NCBI RefSeq assembly: GCF_036365525.1
Contig: NC_090375.1
Span: 188,303,233 to 188,367,232, forward strand
Length of the DNA stretch: 64,000 nt
Origin: Heterodontus francisci
Taxonomy: Eukaryota
Direction of reading: 5' to 3'
A program made the translations under genes and the position numbers. Shown here piece by piece: positions 59,155 to 64,000 of this stretch (position 1 is the first letter of the stretch; every line of letters begins with the position of its first letter). The notes below the pieces were generated by a model. It ran no database searches, had not been told where the DNA came from, and saw only the letters and a program-made list of their open reading frames with translations.

Positions 59155-59650
59155 CCATAGAATAATGCAGCACAGAAGGAGGCTATTCAGCCCATCGTGC
59201 CTGTGCCAGCTTTTCGAAAAGGCTATCCTATTAGCCTCACGACCCGCTCTTGTCCCCATGGCCCTGTAAATGTTGTTCCTTTCAGTATTTATCCAATTCT
59301 CTGCTGAAGGTTGCTATTGAATCTGCTTCTACCACCTTTTTCAGGGAGTGAATTCCAAATCATTACAAAAAGAACATTGTTTTTTCCTCCGTGTAAGAAA
59401 CAAATTCTGTGCAAAAACTTTTCCTTATGTCACCTTTAATTCTTTTGCCTATCATTTTAAGTCTGTGTCCCATGGTTATCAACCCTTCTGTCACTGGAAA
59501 CAGTTTCTCCGAATTTACTCGACCAAAACCATTCATGATTTTGAATACCTCAATCAAATCTCCTCTTATCATTCTCTGCTCGAAGGTGAACCATCCCAGT
59601 TTCTCCAGTCTCTCCACATAACTGAAGTCCCTCATCCCTGGTACCATTCT
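59155..59650 (-). mobile_element. CR1 3' fragment
   Basis: MVPGMRDFSYVERLEKLG...IRGDLIEVFKIM...GHRLK. Confidence 0.9.
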
Positions 59651-60119
59651 AGTTTATTTGCATTCATTTTAGTGCTTTACTGTTGTTTTGTGTTTCATAA
59701 AAACTGAGCTTACTCAGAGATTCTTAAAATTCTATCCCACCTGCTATATATGTGAAAATTCCCCCAGGGAACTGACACTGTGCTTTAATTATCTCTCTGG
59801 GCGCCATTCTCTATTTTCAGGTTCTGGAGGAAGTTCAGAAGGAGCAGTGGAGGCATGCAGGATGGGTGAAATTATCTTTGGGCCTTATGGGCATTCCTGT
59901 ATATAGGTCAAGCAACTGCTAGTGAAAATGTCGCAAAGACTGGGTACATGGAAAGTGCGATTCTCCAAGGGAGCACTGGCAGAACTTTGCAGGGTTCTGC
60001 TGCCAGACTATTAGCAGCTGTCATGGTAACCATTGCCTCACATTTCTGTGCTCCTATCTGTCCAAACAAGCGTGAGATATATAAGTGAAATCTTCCCGTG
60101 CATGTGGCACACACATTAA

Positions 60120-60296
60120 AATTCCCTCATAAACCTCTCCGTTTTCCCTCTCCTCTTTTAAACCCACTGCTTTGACCAAGTTTTTGGCCAGTCCTCCTAA
60201 TAGCTCCTTCCTTGGCTCGGAGTCCATTTTTGTCCGATTACACCCTTGTGAAGTGCCTTGGGATGTTTTCCTACATCGACAGTGCTGTATAAATGC
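60120..60296 (+). mobile_element. L2 3' end
   Basis: attccctcataaacctctcc...tttgaccaagtttttgg...gtgaagtgccttgggatg...tataaatgc. Confidence 0.75.
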
Positions 60297-61629
60297 TACT
60301 CAGAGTTTTGTCTTATTCTAAATATTAAATCAATTGGCATGTTCTTTCCAAGTGTACGGAGTACATTAAAAGACCCCCTGCTTATGCAGCCAAGTTTCTC
60401 CATGCTGTTCAATTCTGCCATCATTTTCACAGTAATTATATTTTGAAGCTCTTCCAAAATGCAGCTCATGCAATGGCCATGTTAACTATATCCCTTTTAT
60501 AAACTATTGTCTTTGTTTATTTCGAAGGCAGCCTGTACCGTTTAATACATACCAGCAAAAGTCATTTTCATCTCTGTGTGTAGTTCTACAATTTGTACAC
60601 ACCCAGCAGATGTATGATGTAGATTAATTGACCCATTTTCATTTATACAAATAGTAATTTGTTAATTGTTTATCGAAACAGGTTGCTTTTAGAGCTCATT
60701 ATTCACTAACTGGTCCGACATCAGTGCAAATGTCATTCCTCAAATTTCTATAAACTGCCGTATTTTGGTAATTATTCCAAACAACTAGGATAATTATGCA
60801 TGAAAAAGAAAAGAAAGAGCTAGTATTTATATCGCATCTTCCATGACCTCGGGATATCCCAAAGAACTTTACAGCCAATGAAGTACTTTTGAAGTAAAAA
60901 CAAGAAATACTTTTGAAGTGTTGCCACTGCAGTAATGTAGGAATTTGATGTATCTTATATGAGGGATATAATTGGTAATTCTGTGATCTGATGCTCCCAG
61001 TGGGAAGCTGTACTCCCAGGGAGTGTAGCTTGGAGAATCGGGTTTCTGTGTTATAGTCTTATCTTTGACCCTCCCTCCCTGTGAACATAGCGTTCCCACT
61101 GGCATTATGGAATCAATATATTGCTCTGAAACACACATACCCTGGTTGTCCAGTGACCTAGTGATTAAAGACACTACCTGGTGTAGCAGTAAGTCATATG
61201 CATATGTAATTACGAGGCCTAATGCCTGTTTGAGGCCCCCTGTGCAAGTCAGGGTTTCCACACAACTGGCTGGCTAAATTCAGTAAAACCAGGTCAATAT
61301 TTGGCTTAGCCATGGTTCTTAAAGGGCTGCTGCAGGCCATCACCAAAAATGGAAGTTGAATGTGTGGCCAGATGGTGCAGGAGTAACCCTCCTGCTCCAA
61401 ATTCAAACCACCAATACCAGCCACTGCTTCCTCTCCCCGATGTCCAAATTCACCACTCCGCATTATCAACAATACACCTCCCAATTGCCCCTCCCCCCAC
61501 TTCCTGGCCTTCTCCTTCCCTTTAAAGACTTACCTAAAGGCCACTGCCAATGATGTGGTGGTCCAATTTCCTATTCACCGACAGACTGCCTGCAGATGCC
61601 CTATAGGTGTCTGGAGGTGTAATTTTATG

Positions 61630-62295
61630 GCGTTCAACAGCAATACCATTGCTGAATCCCCCACTATCAACATCCTGTACGTTACCTTGACCAGAAACTG
61701 AACAGGACCAGCCACATAATTACCGTGGCTATAAGAGCAGGTCAGAGACTGGGAATTCTGTGGCGAGTAACTCCTCTCCTGTCTCGCCAAAGCCTGTCCA
61801 CCATCTACAAGGCACAGGTCAGGAGTGTGATGGAATACTCTCCACTTGCCTGGATGGATGCAGCTCCAACAACACTCAAGAAGCTCAACACCATCTAGGA
61901 CAAAGCAGCCTGCTTGTCGGCACTCCGTCCACCACCTTCAACATTCACTCCCTCTGACCCACAGTGGCAGCAGTATGTACCACCTACAAGATGCACTGCA
62001 GCGACTCATCAAAGCTCCTTTGACAGCACCTTCCAAACTCGCAACCTCTATTACCTGGAAGGACAAAGGCAGTAGACGCTTTGAACACCACCACCTGCAA
62101 GTTCCCCTCCAAGCCACACACCATTCTGACTTGGAGCTACATCACTGTTTCCTCACTGTCACTGGGTCAAAAACCTGGAACTCCCTCCCTAACAACACTG
62201 TGGGTGTACTTACACCACATGGATTGCAGAGGTTCAAGAAGGCGGCTCACCATCACCTTGTCAAGAGCAATTAGAGGTGGGCAACAAATGCAAGC
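61630..62295 (+). mobile_element. CR1-group LINE (second family), 3' fragment
   Basis: ccattgctgaatcccccactatcaacatcctg...GSKTWNSLPNNTVG...FKKAAHHHL. Confidence 0.9.
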
Positions 62296-62757
62296 CCTAT
62301 GACATCACGTGACTAAATTAAAAATAAACAAGGCCTGTCATTGGGTGAGCCTCGAGCCTACCCATTCAGGCCCAGGAATTACTTGCTGAGCCCCGTTCAA
62401 CCCCAATGAACCCAACCTCCTCCCATTCTGCGCTACACAAGGCTTGAACTCTTCCAGTCAAAGTCTAGAGCATTGCAAAATTTCCACTGGACACTGCATT
62501 CATCTTTAAAACTGAGGATAAGAAGGAACTTGTTCTTGGTAAAAATTATTTCACTTTCAATGGCTTTAACAATGACTTCTCTCTTTCGGAAAACAGAACT
62601 AATGAAATTGTAATGAATCATATTTGGAAAACAAAGTCATTCACTGAGTAGCTTGCAGTGAAGAAACTGTGCAGTGGCTTTCTGCCTGGCATGAAGCTAT
62701 CTATGGCTGTTGCTAAGTTGTCTGTCTCTAAGTGTTTCTCTTGTCTGGTATGATAAT

Positions 62758-63425
62758 AGTGTCAGCTGCAGCTCTGAGTCAGAAGGCCACAGGTTCAAGT
62801 CCCACTCCAGAGACTTGAGTGCAAAACCTAGGGTGATATTCTCAGTGCAGTACTGAGAGAGTGCTGTACTGTCGGAGGTGCTGTCTTTCAGATGTGATGT
62901 TAATCCGACACCCCGTTTGCCCTCTCAGATGGATATAAAAGAACTCATGGCAATATTTCAAAGAAGAGCAGGGGAGCTCTGCCCAGTATCCTGGGTCAAT
63001 ATTTATCCCTCAACCAACACCAAAAAATGGGTTATTTGGTCATTATTTTCAATGCTGTTTGTGGACCTTACTGCACATAAATTGGCTGTCACATTTCCTA
63101 CATTATAACAGTGACTACACTTCACAAATAATTTGTTGACCCGACGCTCTGGAATTCCCTCCCTCAATCACTCCGCCTCTCTAACTCACTTTCCTCCTTT
63201 AAGACACTCCTTAAAACCAACCTCTTTGACCAAGTTTTTGGTCATCTGACCTAATATCTCCTTTTGGGGCTCGGTGTCATACTTTGTTTTGTATTGTTCC
63301 TGTGAAGCACCTTGGGACATTTTATTACGTTAAAGATGCTATATAAATATAAGTTGTTGTTGTGGCTGTAAAACGCTTTGGGCCGTCATGAAAAAGGAGC
63401 GATAAAAATGCACGTTCTTTCTTTT
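62758..63425 (+). mobile_element. SacSINE1/Deu-type SINE with an L2 3' end inserted at ~63143-63362
   Basis: Head ggttcaagtcccactccagagacttgag and core gtgcagtactgagagagtgctg. The SINE tail resumes at 63363 after the L2 tail. Confidence 0.8.
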
Positions 63426-64000
63426 TTAATGCTAATATTTTTATAGTGTTCCTAAAATTCCATATGTTCTCCACCTTATGAATGTGAAATACTGTTGAGG
63501 CAGCAATACAATGAGAAATAGAAGCTGAGCACTTCAGTGGGTGTGTTGTCCAAACCCAAGTGAGTCAGTTTTGTTTACAATGTCAAAATATTAGGATAAG
63601 ACTAAGGAGAAGCATGGCCAATGAGTGTGCAAATGATGCAAGACAGTGATTTTCATTGATGGCATAGAACTGAAAACTGTGATATGTTCATCTGTCCAGG
63701 AAATGTGCTGTGTCATGATATGTCCATTGCTCAGGAAGGACAAAGGTAGCAGGAAGTGGATGGAACTAACTTGTACTCACCTTGAAGAGCTATCTTAAGG
63801 TCAGTAAGGCAGAGGTGCATGCCTGACTCTGCACTTGGCAAGAATGTGCTGCTGAACCGTGTGAACCAACTCGGGAAATTCTATGCACAACATCTGTGAC
63901 GAAGACTGGCATCAAGGTCACCAGCATGGAAGTTCTGCCATGAACTGGTACAACAACAACCTGCCTTTATACAGCACCTTTATCCTATTTCATTGCTTGT

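Noticed and set aside
63780-63945. Possible second Myb/SANT-like remnant or exon ending in a GTGAGT donor on the minus strand
   Set aside because: Too degenerate to support from the sequence alone.
1-64000. CRISPR arrays, rRNA or prokaryotic systems
   Set aside because: Vertebrate repeat-rich DNA; no regularly spaced direct repeats or rRNA motifs seen.

Overview
Non-genic-looking, repeat-rich vertebrate DNA. The repeat families (HE1-type V-SINEs, SacSINE1/Deu-type SINEs, two CR1-group LINE families, L2 3' ends, Penelope fragments, Harbinger-type MITEs) point to a shark or other elasmobranch. No intact host gene or convincing exon chain was found, and most ORFs in the track are decayed LINE fragments or noise. 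The standout is a 3.1-kb non-autonomous Ty3/Gypsy (Mag-like) LTR element at 26430-29552. It has 261-bp TG...CA LTRs, a tRNA-Leu-type PBS, a PPT and a near-perfect 5-bp TSD. Degenerate gag (two zinc knuckles) and aspartic protease are followed, in frame with the protease C-terminus, by the C-terminal part of a Myc-family protein (Myc box IV, NLS-like segment, bHLH-leucine zipper), in place of RT/RNaseH/integrase. This resembles a retrotransposon analogue of gag-myc transducing retroviruses, and both LTRs carry an E-box palindrome. Also present: a Penelope-associated minimal hammerhead ribozyme, an LF-SINE-like element, MITEs with a promoter-like/splice-donor module, several solo LTRs, and repeat-free blocks resembling developmental enhancers. 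Repeat boundaries are approximate, and family names come from recalled consensus motifs, not database searches.
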